Assembly: GCA_002633005.1 (NCBI GenBank) | Contig: NMRA01000450.1 | Span: 226,876-290,875, forward strand | DNA length: 64,000 nt | DNA from: Phoronis australis | Lineage: Eukaryota > Animalia > Phoronida | Reading direction: 5' to 3' | Shown here: positions 51,001 through 62,649 of the stretch, piece by piece | Layout: each line of letters begins with the position of its first letter | Numbering within the stretch: the first letter of the stretch is position 1 | Position numbers and translations under genes: made by a program | The notes under the pieces: model-generated | Seen by the model: only the letters and a program-made list of their open reading frames with translations | Databases searched by the model: none | Told to the model about the DNA's origin: nothing

Positions 51001-54000
51001 ATGCTTGCCTGCTCAAGTATCCAGCACTAAAGAAAAACATCAAAAAACAAACCGTGGTTTGGGTAAAGTTTCCTGCAGAATAAATTCTGTTTTCTTATGC
51101 TTTATCTACAAGGGTGCATTTGTCCCACTAGACATTGTGCTTTGTAATGCTGCAGCAATTGCTCTGTGGTGTAATTCTAGTGTTGATGTGTGAGTCTTTT
51201 CACCACTTTATTTGTAATAACATGTTCAATGTTTTTTAAAGAAATCAACGTGGCATTGATTAGTGTCATATTTACAAGACACCCCCAAACGTTTTTTTTT
51301 TTTACTTAAGGCATATTCTGTGGAAAAATTAGAGCATACCAAGATGAATAACGCAATCATTGAAATTACGAAGGCCAAAACGACTGAAGACTGTTAGTGT
51401 AGGGTCAGGAGTACTTTAGAGAGAAAAGCTTTGTGTTGAAAAAGAGGCTTCCGAACTCTCATATTGAATTCAGAGCATTCCATCTTTGAATTATGATATC
51501 ACATCTATGGAATTATAAGTCAAAGCTTTCATTTTTTATTTGTCCTTGTTCATGTTGGCTCTGATGTTGAGTTGTGTTAATCACCTTGCTGTTCTGTTAT
51601 TTATCAATCTAAGAAAAACTGGAAATGTTCTCCACTACATATAAATGCGATTTGGCTACCCAATTGTCTTAAAATTAAGACTATGATTTTTAACTTAACT
51701 TGTAAATTATAACTGGAATAGACTATATTATAAGTTTTCTGCTGGTGCACTCAAGAATTTATCTTTGAACAGTATGCATGCACTTATTGTCCTACTTTGT
51801 TGTCGTCCTCATGCGTTTAGGTGAACACTCTTGAGAACCAGCCAGGGACAGGAGACATTGAAGACAGGGTAAGGCTGTGATTGGCGAAAGCCCGATAAGA
51901 TAGTGTCCAAGATGTGTGCACTGGGTATTACGTTGTTGGAACCATTGCTGATCTTGGGCGGACAAGGTTAGAAAATTATAGAAAATTATTCATTACTACT
52001 TGGGAGGTTCCAACAACGCAGCCCTTCAGTTTTATATTTTCTGTAGTCATGAACCACTGTACGTATTATTATTAACTGTTTATTCTAGGTAGTTTCGTTG
52101 GAAAATAGGCCACCCCCTACACTGCCGCCCCCTACACGGCCACCACGAAATTTCTATCGACGTGCCTATAGGAGGGTAGGAAGTGCATGGTGCGCTCAGC
52201 ATGTTAGTTGTATTGGCAGCCATCTTGGTTTCATCCCACTTCCAAGTTTTGTTATGACGCTGTGCTGCCCTGTCAGAGGCTGTATGCATGACGCAGTGAC
52301 AACTGTACCCCTTAACTGCAAAATTAACACTGCATGTCTAGATTAATACTTGTGTAAACATGTTACATTTGGTAGACATACGTACTACCTGTGTAATCAT
52401 GGTACATTTGGTAGACATACTTATGGTACATTTGGTAGGCATACCTATGGTGCATTTGGTAGACATATGCACTACCTGTGTAATCATGGTACATTTGGTA
52501 GACATACTTATGGTACATTTGGTAGGCATACTTATGGCACGTTTGGTAGACATACACACTACCTGTGTAATCGTGGTACATTTGGTAGGCATACTTATGG
52601 TACATTTGGTAGACATACTTAATACCTGTGTAATTGTGGTACATTTGGTAGACATACAACATCTAACATTGTGCTCACCTATCATCAGCTAGCTTAATTG
52701 CAGAATCAAAGATGCAACTACCATTGTTTATTAAATGGGTCATTAGAATTGTCAAACGGCATGCCTTCTGTTTTTCCACGTTTGTCCAAATTCCAGGACT
52801 TGCTGTATCCCAGCATCTGTGGTTGTCTGTTGATGCATGTTGCTGCAGCTTGAGTTAGTATTTTATGCTGTTGACCACCGTATCTGACACCTTATTTCTA
52901 TGTAGTGTCCCTGTGCCTGGTATTACTCATCTGGAGAGATGATGCCCTCTGCTAATTTCGTTATTCATACATGGTATATGGCCTTGGTCATTCATGAACT
53001 TCATTCGTAGAGGATATATCACATGTGTTATCCAAGAACTTTTTTAAAACGTGATCTCTAATTCACACAAACAGGTTTCCTAGTTATGCCTCATGTAGAG
53101 TATTAATACTGTGTATCGCCAACTGTACAGCTGACGGCCAGCTTCAACAAAGGTCCAGGTTTAACAGGCACAAATTCGGGGCTTGTTGATGTAGGTTTGA
53201 AGATGCCATCTGCGGAACTATCACATGGACAAGCGATGTTGTCTATTACATTTCCCCTTTCTAAAAAACAGTAATGGTGTAATATCTTCTGTTATTTAAC
53301 TCGTATGGGACTTCCAAGACATTCCATCTCTTCACTAAGGTTTTGATAGTATCCTGAGATGGGTGTCTTGTGAGTGACTGGGAAATACTTCGCTGGCAAA
53401 TCCAAATCAAAGAGAATGGGGACGACTATTGAGAACATGTTGAACCATTTGCCAGTCAGTTAACGCAAGGCAAAACCTGAGTATTGACAGTTGCTGGCCA
53501 CTGTCCAAATGGTGACGAAACTGTAACAAAATAAGTAAAGATGTCGCCCATTGATGTAAGGACTTGGCTTCCTCACGGATGACAGGAATTGCAGTTGATC
53601 CACCCATCCTACTCTCCAGATGCTCTTAGACTTTTTCTTATTGCCTGAACATTTACATCATCAGAAGTGTCCTGTTTATTTCTAACAGTGGATCTCTCTC
53701 ACAACACATGTAGCGTTTTCATAAACATTTATCATATGACAAAAAGTTATCCTTTTCAACTAGTGAAAATTTTCACTGGAAACCTCCCTCGTGGGCTTAT
53801 CTCCCCTGTAAAGGTCAAATTGCTTGGCAGATGGGAGTCAGTTTCTTAAACCTGTGGGTCTGGGCTAGTGCCACGCCCACCCTGAGGTGAAGGGCTTATT
53901 TTGGACAATTCTGACTCCAGGCAATAGAATTAGAAGAATGTGAAATTACGAGCCAATAAGTACTGAAGACAAAAATGTATTAACAATGTGGATAAATAAG

Positions 54001-57000
54001 GCGACTCTGGGTCTAGTATGGTATTTGCTTGTGATGGCATTTTCTTTTGCTTGTCTCTCATTCTGTTTATTGAGTAGAAATACGATTGTGTCAAAAGCTG
54101 TGCATGGGTGATGCTTAGATATTGTTCAGTTGTGATATGGCCTGTCTAATGATTCATCTTTAAGCTTCATGTTGGTCAGTAGAGAAGAGTTTAATCTGTG
54201 CCATGCTTTAGTCTAGTGCAGTGACATCGTCTCATTTTGTAGTCCATTTCAGGCAAATAGTAACTTTTTTACTTACATTAGTCAGAGACCTTGATACGCC
54301 CTGCTGTGGTGTTCAAAGTTTGTGAAGCAAATCAGTCACATTTAATCCTGTTCCCAAAGCACTTGAATTGAATTCAGTCTAGTGAAATCACAGTCTCCTT
54401 ACAGACAGAGTGTGGTACCACTCACCTCTGATGTTGTTCCCAGTGCATGGATACTGTCCATTGCCCTGATCTGTTGCTGTGCATACATACATATTGCTTT
54501 ATTTATAAAGCTTTTCAATCTCGTGTGCTCATCAGTGGCGTAGTACCTGAGGTGTGGTCCAGGAAGTGACATGCATTGGCAGCGTTCCATTTGATGACCT
54601 GCACCTCGCCAATAAGAAGTCTCATTTAGTTTGGCAACCTGGTAAAAAATTGCCATGAAGCTGCCGGATTTTTGCGGGAGTCAGAGCCCTCCAGCAAGAA
54701 TAAGTAGGGCACCCCACCATGACCTTTAATGCATGAGCTATATATTCTGATTGTCTAATTCCTGCTCAGGTTAGATCTGAGTGGGAAACTGGTGGTCTTT
54801 TTGCACACGATTTATTCCTATTTTTTTGTGTTGTGGCGAATATTTCTCCTTGTTTCGGTTAATCATTTCTGTTTGATCGAAATTCCCAGGTTGCATTTGG
54901 CGAATCAATGTTTTGCCAAACATCGAGCCATGATTGGTGTTAATAATCTTTTGTTAATGGACTGTTCTGCCATAATGAACTGGTACTCCATTACAGACTG
55001 TAGAGTAGAACCTGTGAACTTTGATCTTTCGCTTTAAGAACTTTGAATTCATTTTTTCCGTTTTGTTTTGTAGGTGAGAATTCTTGAAAGTCGGGTGCAG
55101 GAACTGAGACAGGTAAGATATTCATTTTTATAGTTAGGTACAATTGCACTAAATGAGTGGACATGAGTCTGGATATACACCATTTTATACAACCACATGT
55201 TCTGATGTTGCATGGTCATTTTAATGCTGATTAGCTTTTTCAAAATATGAGAGTTTCAGCAAATTTTGTTTAGGGCTGTTCCAGTAACATCCGTGTGGGA
55301 GGGGGGGACGGCAGTAGAAATAAAAATTCATGGGTGGTGGTCTTCAGAAAAAAACTCGAATTATGGGTGGTCGGTCCTGTAAGAAGTGAAGCATTAATAA
55401 TGGGTGGCATTTTTTGACCTGTCAATGTTGACAGGTTGGTTACTTCAGCCGTCAAAACTCAAAAAGATGCAATTGGCATATATCCTAACTTATCCCAGTA
55501 CAAAAAAGCCCATATTGCCAGTGAACAGAGTGCAATATGTTCAATAAGCCATTAATCAAGTCATGGGCAACTTGATTTGAGCCAACTGTTTGTCTGCAGT
55601 CCTATTGAATTGAAAAGTTATGCAACACTAAACTGGTGTTAACACATGTAAGAAAATTGATGATTTTTAAATAAAAAGTATGAGGAGTAAGATAAACAAG
55701 TTCCAATATTCACTTGACATAGAAGTATAAAAGAGTTCGTGGAGACAGTTTGAGATTCATAGATCCTTATAAATGAAAAAATGAACTTCACTTGTCAGCT
55801 ATGTTATGTGCTTAATAAGTGAAGAAATGTCACAATGTTCTGATTGACGAGAGCTGACATTGGTATTTGGATGGATTTGAATGTATCAACTAATGGCAAT
55901 TTTTGTTTTTGTGCCCGTCTCTTTTTGAATTTCAATTGAGAGCATTTAAATTTGACAGGCACTTTTCTTGTGACGAAAGCATGGCGCATGTTGATTTCCG
56001 GACACATCTAGCTATTGCTACCACCCCAACTGGCAATATATTTTTTGCCCCAGCCTCACTTCTTCATAGTATCGTCAGGGAATTTGACATGTTCATATTA
56101 ACAAGAGCATTGCTTTCATTGACTTGTGGACTAGTCCGACTACTTTTGTACTTCCTCACGACAATTTTTCATCTGCCTCTGGAACTGATTAGTCCCTCAG
56201 TGGATTTTCATGAAATTTGAAGACAGCACCTGCACATTTTTGCATGGCTCTGTCATGTTGTGTGCTACCTAAGTGCGATTTCCTTGTTCTTTGGCGTCCA
56301 TCTTTCTACGTTTTTGCACAAAATGAGTATTACTTTGAAATCATAACATGGATGCTATTTGTGAAATCTGATCACTAGTTCAGCAGTTAAGTTGGCCCTG
56401 TAGCAGTTTGACCATTGACTATAAAATAGCAAGTTTCCTCATTTTATATTGCAAACAGGCTAAAGATTTGTTATTCTGTTTCTGTATCCACTGCAAATTA
56501 TAATCAAGGTTACGACTGCGTTGTTAAGCTTTGATAAATTGGGACCCTGTTTAAAGTCTGCGTTTGAAAATTGCACTGAACTGGTGATGTTTGTAATAGC
56601 GGGTGGCCAGCGGGAGCACCACCTGTGGGCTGTACGTGAAATAACACTCAAAGGTCACATGACCAAATAGGTTTAGGTGAAAAATCTTGTTGTACGTCTC
56701 TTCGAAAAATGGCGTAGAACACTGGAAGCCACCATTACAATACTTGCATTGTTAACAAAAACATTACATGTACTTCCAAAATTCCTCAAGCATGGTGGTA
56801 GGCTGGCAGGGCAAGTGTTGTGAAAATAAATCATCCCTTGTGATAGTGGCCTGTAGAAGATCTCAAAGCAATGGCATTGACCTTTTTGTCGCAGTTTGTT
56901 GCAAAATTCAAACATGACCTTTTTGCGGCTGTAACCATTAGTAACCTTTCTGAGCATACTGAAAAAATGGCGGTCAGATAGTTGAAAATTCTCACTTTGA

Positions 57001-60000
57001 TTTTTTCTTTCGAATTTTTGGTCATAGCATAAGAAGTTTATCGTAAGAATTTTATCGTTGGCAGTCACCAAAAACATTCGTATGCATTGATTCGCGTTAA
57101 AAAACAGAGTTTGTTTGAGTTGTTTTTTTATAAAAAATTGTTTAGCATTTTCAAATGGACTCTGCATTCAGCATTTCGCCTAAGAGAAAGTTACACGTTG
57201 TCAGTGAAAACAAGCAGTGTCGAGACGACCAAGCATAGAGACTTAACGCAATATTCAAATATCCAGCGCAGACAGGAACTGAAGTTGGAAATAAAACGGC
57301 CAGAGTGGGTAAATTCCAGTCGTCCCGTCAACTCAACCATCAAACTATAACTGAACTGATGCTGAACGTTAGTTTGCACGTCCTTGACATAAGAAGTATC
57401 CAAAAGTATCATTGGCCATATTGACAAAATACTGTAACATCTGCATACAAGCCGTAATGGCTGGGTTAAAAAGTGGAGTAGCAGATTGGTCTACAGGCCA
57501 TGAAAAGGGCATATACAAACGACGTCTTTTTGTTCGTATGAGTAGGGAAAGGGTTCCCCCCAGTTTGAATCTGAGCCCCAACTCTGAGCTGTGTCCAGTT
57601 TTAAGGTAACCGTTTAACCTTGTGTGCACAAAATCTGCGAGTTGTTTGAGACAAGTCCAGTAGATTTCAGTGTTATGGCAAACCTTCACGGCAAAACATT
57701 GTGTTGCTCATATTGCTGAGTTGTGCTGTAGTAACCTTATTTATTACTTACAGTATATTCCTAAAACCAAACTTGTATCATTCACCATGAAAATGGTCAG
57801 TATTTTGAACACTAATTGCTGGCTTTGGCCTCAACCAAGGCTCCACCTTCCATCATATTAGTTTTGCTATTTATTGCTAGGTTCTGTAGAGTGGTTTCCA
57901 TTACATCACGTGTTTTTAAAATCCTTTGAAAACTGAAGTTGCTGTGCTTTTACTCTTCCCTGTATTTTTAATGACTGTTTCAGCTGTTAAACACTAATGA
58001 TTGCCGGAGTAGCCCCTGTCGTAATGGTGGTACTTGCGTGGACCAATACAATGGCTTCTTCTGTAAATGTCCAGATGGATGGAAGGTATGTGCGGCTACA
58101 AAGGGTCGTCCTTAGCAACAGAACATTCAGGTAGTCTCGCGGCACCTTGAATGTTGTAAAATTGGTGAACAACTGACTGATCTTACTTTTACTCGCTCCC
58201 TGGTGATTATTATGTAAGTCCCATTGCTGATACTAGTATGGAATTTAGTGTTAGTTTATAGTAATATTTTTGTGACCTGTCGGAGTAATAAGTCTTGGTA
58301 TTTCGAGGCTTTTTATCTCGACATGCAAAAATAGTTATCGAATAGTACGTAACCAACTTTAGACACAGGATTTTTTTCATGTGATATTTGCACTGCATCA
58401 TTCTTGCGCATCAATACTTCATGCGGCCTGAGCATACAATGTCTCGCAGAAGTTTTTCGACAGGAATTTCTTTTCAGTTTGTTCGAGTTGCAAAAGTTTG
58501 AATAGCGTGAACAAATGGAGGGAGTTTGTGCTTAGATTTATCGAATTTGCATCTTAACGAATTGGCACCGATTTAACTTTTGCGTCTGCAACTAGCCTTA
58601 CAGTAATGGGGAATCCTTTGAACTTTGAGTTCAAAGGTCATGGGTGACCAGGGCAACTCAGTGGCTCAGCAATTAAGCGCCCATGTGTTTAAATGGCAAT
58701 TATGAAGAGGATATGATTGCCGGTTGTACAATCGGTGATGTGGTTGCTGGACCTGGTGACCAAAAAAAAAAAAATGCCAAATGTCCGCCGTCTGTGCAAG
58801 TGATACAAGGGAGGCAGGCTGATTTTCTACTCGTATTTTCGAGCTTACATTGATCCTTAAAATTGTGAGATTGTTTTACTTTGTACCGAACCTCACTTGT
58901 CTATAATACGTTAGTCAGTAGAATGTATGGGTATATGGTTCTCCCTGAGAAAAAATCCAAACATGGTGCAATTTGTTCATCATGTTTTGTTCAATTTAAT
59001 AAATATTCATTTCCACTAATTCACTGTTAGTTACACATTATTTTCACATGTCTAACATGCTACAATAACTTTTCTTCAAAATAATAAAAATGAGTACCAC
59101 TTTGCAATGCAATGTCAATCATTTGTTTTCTAAAACAGGAAAAGTCAGACTTTTCAAACATGTTTGAAGGTTTTAAACACTACTACGAGCTTTCCAGACA
59201 GGACTCACGACTTCCACACATGGTGTGAATAATGGTGCAGCATCACGCTTGAGCACAAGTATGAAGAACACTGAAGTAACTTATTGTATTTTCTGTTAAA
59301 GGGTCCAAACTGTCAGGATGATGTAGACGAATGTGTTCTGTATGAGGGCACCGCACTGGGATGTCACCATGGAGCAACATGCTACAACTCTCCTGGATCA
59401 TACACGTTAGTAGCCATCTTGAATTTGGTAGCCTTAAAGTCTTGTTTTGGAATTTACAAACCTTATTTATTTTCCTGATAACAGTGTATAACCACATTTT
59501 CCTGTTATTCATAACAAAAATTAATATGTGATATTGACCTTTGCCCTTCTCCTAGACACATACGTATGTCACTACTTACTGTTGGGATTATGTCCCTTAG
59601 GCTATGAAAACGTCTACGTGGAAAAAACAACAAATAGGCATACACACTCTGGTTATCCAACATGTTACTCCTCACTGAATCCATGGATGTGTTTCGCACT
59701 ACATTTTGGGCTCAGCTATTCAGAATCCACAGGGGGTAATAAAACAATTATCATCTCAACTAGGACTATGAACCCTTTGTTAAGCTATATATAGTTACAC
59801 AGTCCAACTGTGACGGTTGTATGACTCAGAGCAGGGTTGACAGAGAACTACTTTCACTGACCTTGCATGACAATTTCAAAAGGCCTATTGTGTTGCGTGA
59901 ACTTCACCCGTTATGTGCAACCTCCTGCAAAATTCTAAGTGACTGTGTATAGTAGTTTCCCCCTCCAAGCCCAAAATGGCACTTACACTCATGTGTGTCG

Positions 60001-62231
60001 TGCCTTGGAACAGTGCTGTTGCGAACAATCTTTAATAGTATTTTTGATGATTGGGAGATTGCTGCCCGAAGTCAGGTTTTTCAAGCAAATGCTTAGTATT
60101 GAGACTAAAACCTCTTCAAGAGATATTTGGCAGCGATTTGTTTATGATTTTGAAGTTTGCTAGAATAAATCAACAAGACAAGTAGATATATGTGGCAAGT
60201 GTCATTTATTTCCAATTTCAGAAAAAGTTCGTGAAATACTAAAATGAGTTATTCAAAAATCCGCAATTTGTTTAGTCTCGCAGTGTTCAAGAAGCCAAAT
60301 TTATGTGGTTTGTTTTCCAAACTTGCCCAAATTTAGTCAAGTTAATAGTATGTCATCTTTTTGAGATTTTTTGAATTTCCTCGCTCCCTATGAACTGTTG
60401 TCTGATTAGCTTGAAAAGGATTGCTAATAAATAAATAGATTTTCACTGTCCCAAACAAGAGAATCTTTACCGTAATCATCCCAGTAAGAATTATTCAAGC
60501 TTGATATTGTATTATTTAGCCTGGACTATTTGACTTTAAACTATATAACGTTTATCCTTTCAGATGTCATTGCCCTCCCAATGCATTTGGTCCACTATGT
60601 AACCTCAATCAAGGTGCTTGCGTTTCTGGAAGCCGTGACTTGTGTGGTCATGGACTCTGTATACCAGATGGTTCGGTAGGTTTGACCAATAACAAGCTAG
60701 ATGTTTGTCATTGTGGGCTTGGGCTATTCAGAATTATAAGGGGTAATAAAACAATTATCTTCGCGAATAAGACTATGAACCCTTTGTTAAGCTGTGCATA
60801 GTTAGACAGTCTGTCTTGGACAGTTGTATGACTAAGAGCAGGGTTCACAAAGAACTACTTTCACTGACCTTGTATGTCAAATTCAAAAGTCTTGTCGTAT
60901 GTGATCTAGACACCCATGATTTAAGACAGTGCACAGAATTCTACACCACTATGCAAACTAGTTACCCCCTCTCAAGCCCAAAATGAACACCAGGAATGAA
61001 ATAGTGTGAATCCAGGCAAGTTTTACCCTTACGTACTTATTTGGTTCAAGCTGAATTTCACTCACTACCTGTTAATACACAGTCACCTCGGTTATCGTGA
61101 TTACAAACATAAAGTTGTCTAATGTTGTATAATTGTTGATCTACTTCAGAGTCGAGGCTTCACATGTCAGTGTGATGATGGCTGGACCCTGGACAGTGAA
61201 CAACGCTGTGAACAAGATGTGAACGAGTGCGCCAACACACAGAACCCACCTTGCTCTATTAATCCTCCTGTACTTTGCATCAACACTCCGGGCTCTTACG
61301 TGTGTGGGCCCTGCCCAAGTGGTGAGATCTGTTGCCTCTTTATTGGCCTCATGTTGAGTCATAATTCGAGTTTGAAAAGTCTACAGCCAAATGTTGATCT
61401 TTTTGTCTTATGACTTAGTCTGCTCCCAAGCAGGCCACGGATTTGTGTCTTTTGGCTTCACGTTGTACACACATTTTCTGACTCAAAGCTTTAGCTTGAT
61501 TTCATGAAGCAGGTTAAACCATCCGCAGACTGATTGTTAGACAAAAGATAAGGCAATAGACCTATCAAGAAACAGCATCCTGTTCAGTCTGGTAGGGAGA
61601 AAAATGTAATTTTGTTTTATTCGTGAGCTAAATCTGTACTTTTGTTCTGTGCTCGTTGCCTGATTCAAGATGTGTTCTATGACATGGTTATTAAAACCGT
61701 GATTTTCATTTCATTGCAGTTGTCTCTCTTGTTATATTAAAAGAGATTTCTCCATTTTCTTGTAATCTTCTTCAGGCTACTCTGGCCCTGGCTCACAGTG
61801 CTTTGATATCAACGAGTGCCTTGAGAACAATGGAGGCTGCTCAGTGGCTCCGCGGGTGACATGTATCAATACTCCTGGATCTCGCCAATGTGGTGCCTGC
61901 CCAGGAGGTACGACCCATTGACTGGAAAATCAGTGTCTCTTATAATAGTTTACTCCTGGAATATATACTTTGTCATCGTTGCAGCTTAAGTTAATGAGAA
62001 GTGAAAAGCTATCGTGCTCAAATTACTAGTCACAAAGTCTGTATCATTAACAAAGAATGTAACAATCAAGACTCGTATTCCTGTTGTTAACCTCAGTGTT
62101 GCTCAGTCTAAATTTTGTGAATTACGTTTTCTTAGGTTACCAGGGTGATGGTGTCACATGTACTTACGTTGGTTTGTGCCCAATCAACAACGGAGGCTGT
62201 CATCCATTGGCCACCTGCAGGGAAGTGCCAG
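38948..62231 (+). CDS. CUBN: cubilin, 5' part (signal peptide, furin site, amnionless-binding segment, coiled coil, EGF-like repeats); continues past window end
   Basis: Twelve exons join in frame: 38948-39048, 40682-40811, 48767-48802, 49816-49908, 51821-51868, 55074-55112, 57984-58085, 59302-59405, 60564-60675, 61150-61321, 61776-61907, 62136-62231. Domain order and motifs ([35 protein letters not shown]) match cubilin. Confidence 0.95.
39480..39930. mobile_element. fold-back MITE with long imperfect inverted arms, ending CCTTTAA (Kolobok-like)
   Basis: catgactgtgtgtttttctcaaaacttgtg...ttctgtttcttc on the left mirrors aagaaacagaag...tacaaatcttgtgaaaaaaatgcagtcacg on the right. Confidence 0.55.
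40682..40811 (+). CDS. CUBN: cubilin exon 2 ([43 protein letters not shown])
   Basis: tcctcttgcag acceptor, ACT|gtaagt donor, 130 nt; resembles the cubilin N-terminal beta-helix segment that docks on amnionless. Confidence 0.93.
41230..41614. mobile_element. old, diverged MITE family B relative
   Basis: Shares cagctggtgattac, gttaccctacctcgataaggtggggtaag and the terminal gtgtggatggcac with 21144-21493. Confidence 0.55.
47595..47775 (+). mobile_element. SINE family 1 copy with eroded head
   Basis: ccactgggtcacactgctaaacccttgagtcag...gggcccacatgcg...cacgtctggtacaa matches the reverse complement of 16915-17090. Confidence 0.75.
48767..48802 (+). CDS. CUBN: cubilin coiled-coil mini-exon ([12 protein letters not shown])
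   Basis: ttttactttcag acceptor, AGG|gtaaga donor, 36 nt, phase 0-0. Confidence 0.82.
49816..49908 (+). CDS. CUBN: cubilin coiled-coil exon ([31 protein letters not shown])
   Basis: gctgtttcag acceptor, AGG|gtatgt donor, 93 nt, phase 0-0, heptad pattern. Confidence 0.87.
50706..50959. mobile_element. MITE family A relative
   Basis: tacggtaaattctcaccaatttcggac ... gtccttaattagtgacattttaccat. Confidence 0.7.
51821..51868 (+). CDS. CUBN: cubilin coiled-coil mini-exon ([16 protein letters not shown])
   Basis: gcgtttag acceptor, AGG|gtaagg donor, 48 nt, phase 0-0. Confidence 0.82.
52345..52660. repeat. compound minisatellite of ~24- and ~33-nt units sharing GGTACATTTGGTAGRCATAC
   Basis: About 11 copies of the core; explains the repetitive ORFs at 52338-52692. 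Confidence 0.92.
55074..55112 (+). CDS. CUBN: cubilin coiled-coil mini-exon ([13 protein letters not shown])
   Basis: ttttgttttgtag acceptor, CAG|gtaaga donor, 39 nt, phase 0-0. Confidence 0.87.
57984..58085 (+). CDS. CUBN: cubilin EGF-like 1 exon ([34 protein letters not shown])
   Basis: ctgtttcag acceptor, AAG|gtatgt donor, 102 nt; EGF cysteine spacing. Confidence 0.95.
59302..59405 (+). CDS. CUBN: cubilin calcium-binding EGF exon ([35 protein letters not shown])
   Basis: ttctgttaaag acceptor, AC|gttagt donor, 104 nt, phase 0-2. Confidence 0.93.
59700..59982. mobile_element. ~280-bp MITE family D, TIR CATTTTGGGCT
   Basis: cattttgggctc ... aagcccaaaatg; close direct-orientation relative at 60706-60990. 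Confidence 0.75.
60564..60675 (+). CDS. CUBN: cubilin EGF exon ([37 protein letters not shown])
   Basis: tcctttcag acceptor, TCG|gtaggt donor, 112 nt, phase 2-0. Confidence 0.93.
60706..60990. mobile_element. MITE family D second copy
   Basis: Shares ggggtaataaaacaattatc, gactatgaaccctttgttaagct and agaactactttcactgaccttg with 59700-59982. Confidence 0.75.
61150..61321 (+). CDS. CUBN: cubilin EGF exon ([57 protein letters not shown])
   Basis: ctacttcag acceptor, G|gtgaga donor, 172 nt, phase 0-1. Confidence 0.95.
61776..61907 (+). CDS. CUBN: cubilin EGF exon ([44 protein letters not shown])
   Basis: tcttcttcag acceptor, G|gtacga donor, 132 nt, phase 1-1. Confidence 0.95.
62136..62231 (+). 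CDS. CUBN: cubilin EGF exon ([32 protein letters not shown])
   Basis: ttttcttag acceptor, G|gtaaac donor, 96 nt, phase 1-1. Confidence 0.95.
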
Positions 62232-62649
62232 GTAAACAAATCATGTTGGAAACCATCGCCATCTGTTAGGAAGAGGTTAATGTCAGTTAAAGAGACATGG
62301 GGTTTGAGTGCATTGGAAGTTACTTAACTGTGACATAATTTATTCATTTTCATGCTTCAGCGAAACAATTCGTGTTCAGATGGTCGTAAGTTTTACTGAG
62401 TATCCAAACGTGCATTGTAATAATTATAGAAAAGACTGTGGGAATTATATTGATAGATCATATAACCACTGCTTGAGCAGTAAATAAAGCCGCCATCTTG
62501 GATCACTTTTGCGAGCAAGATGCAACAGTACTGGGCCGCTTATAACTGCAACAGTGGTTAGAATTTGGAATCAAAAAAGCAAAGGCGTCACGTTTTACAG
62601 GTTATGAATTTTCATTTGCTAACAAGTGTGGGATGGTTTCTTGGTAGTA

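Noticed and set aside
52338-52692. His/Tyr/Gly-rich repetitive ORFs (e.g. HTYGTFGR repeats)
   Set aside because: Open on both strands because unit lengths are multiples of 3; intronic minisatellite with no splice or start context.
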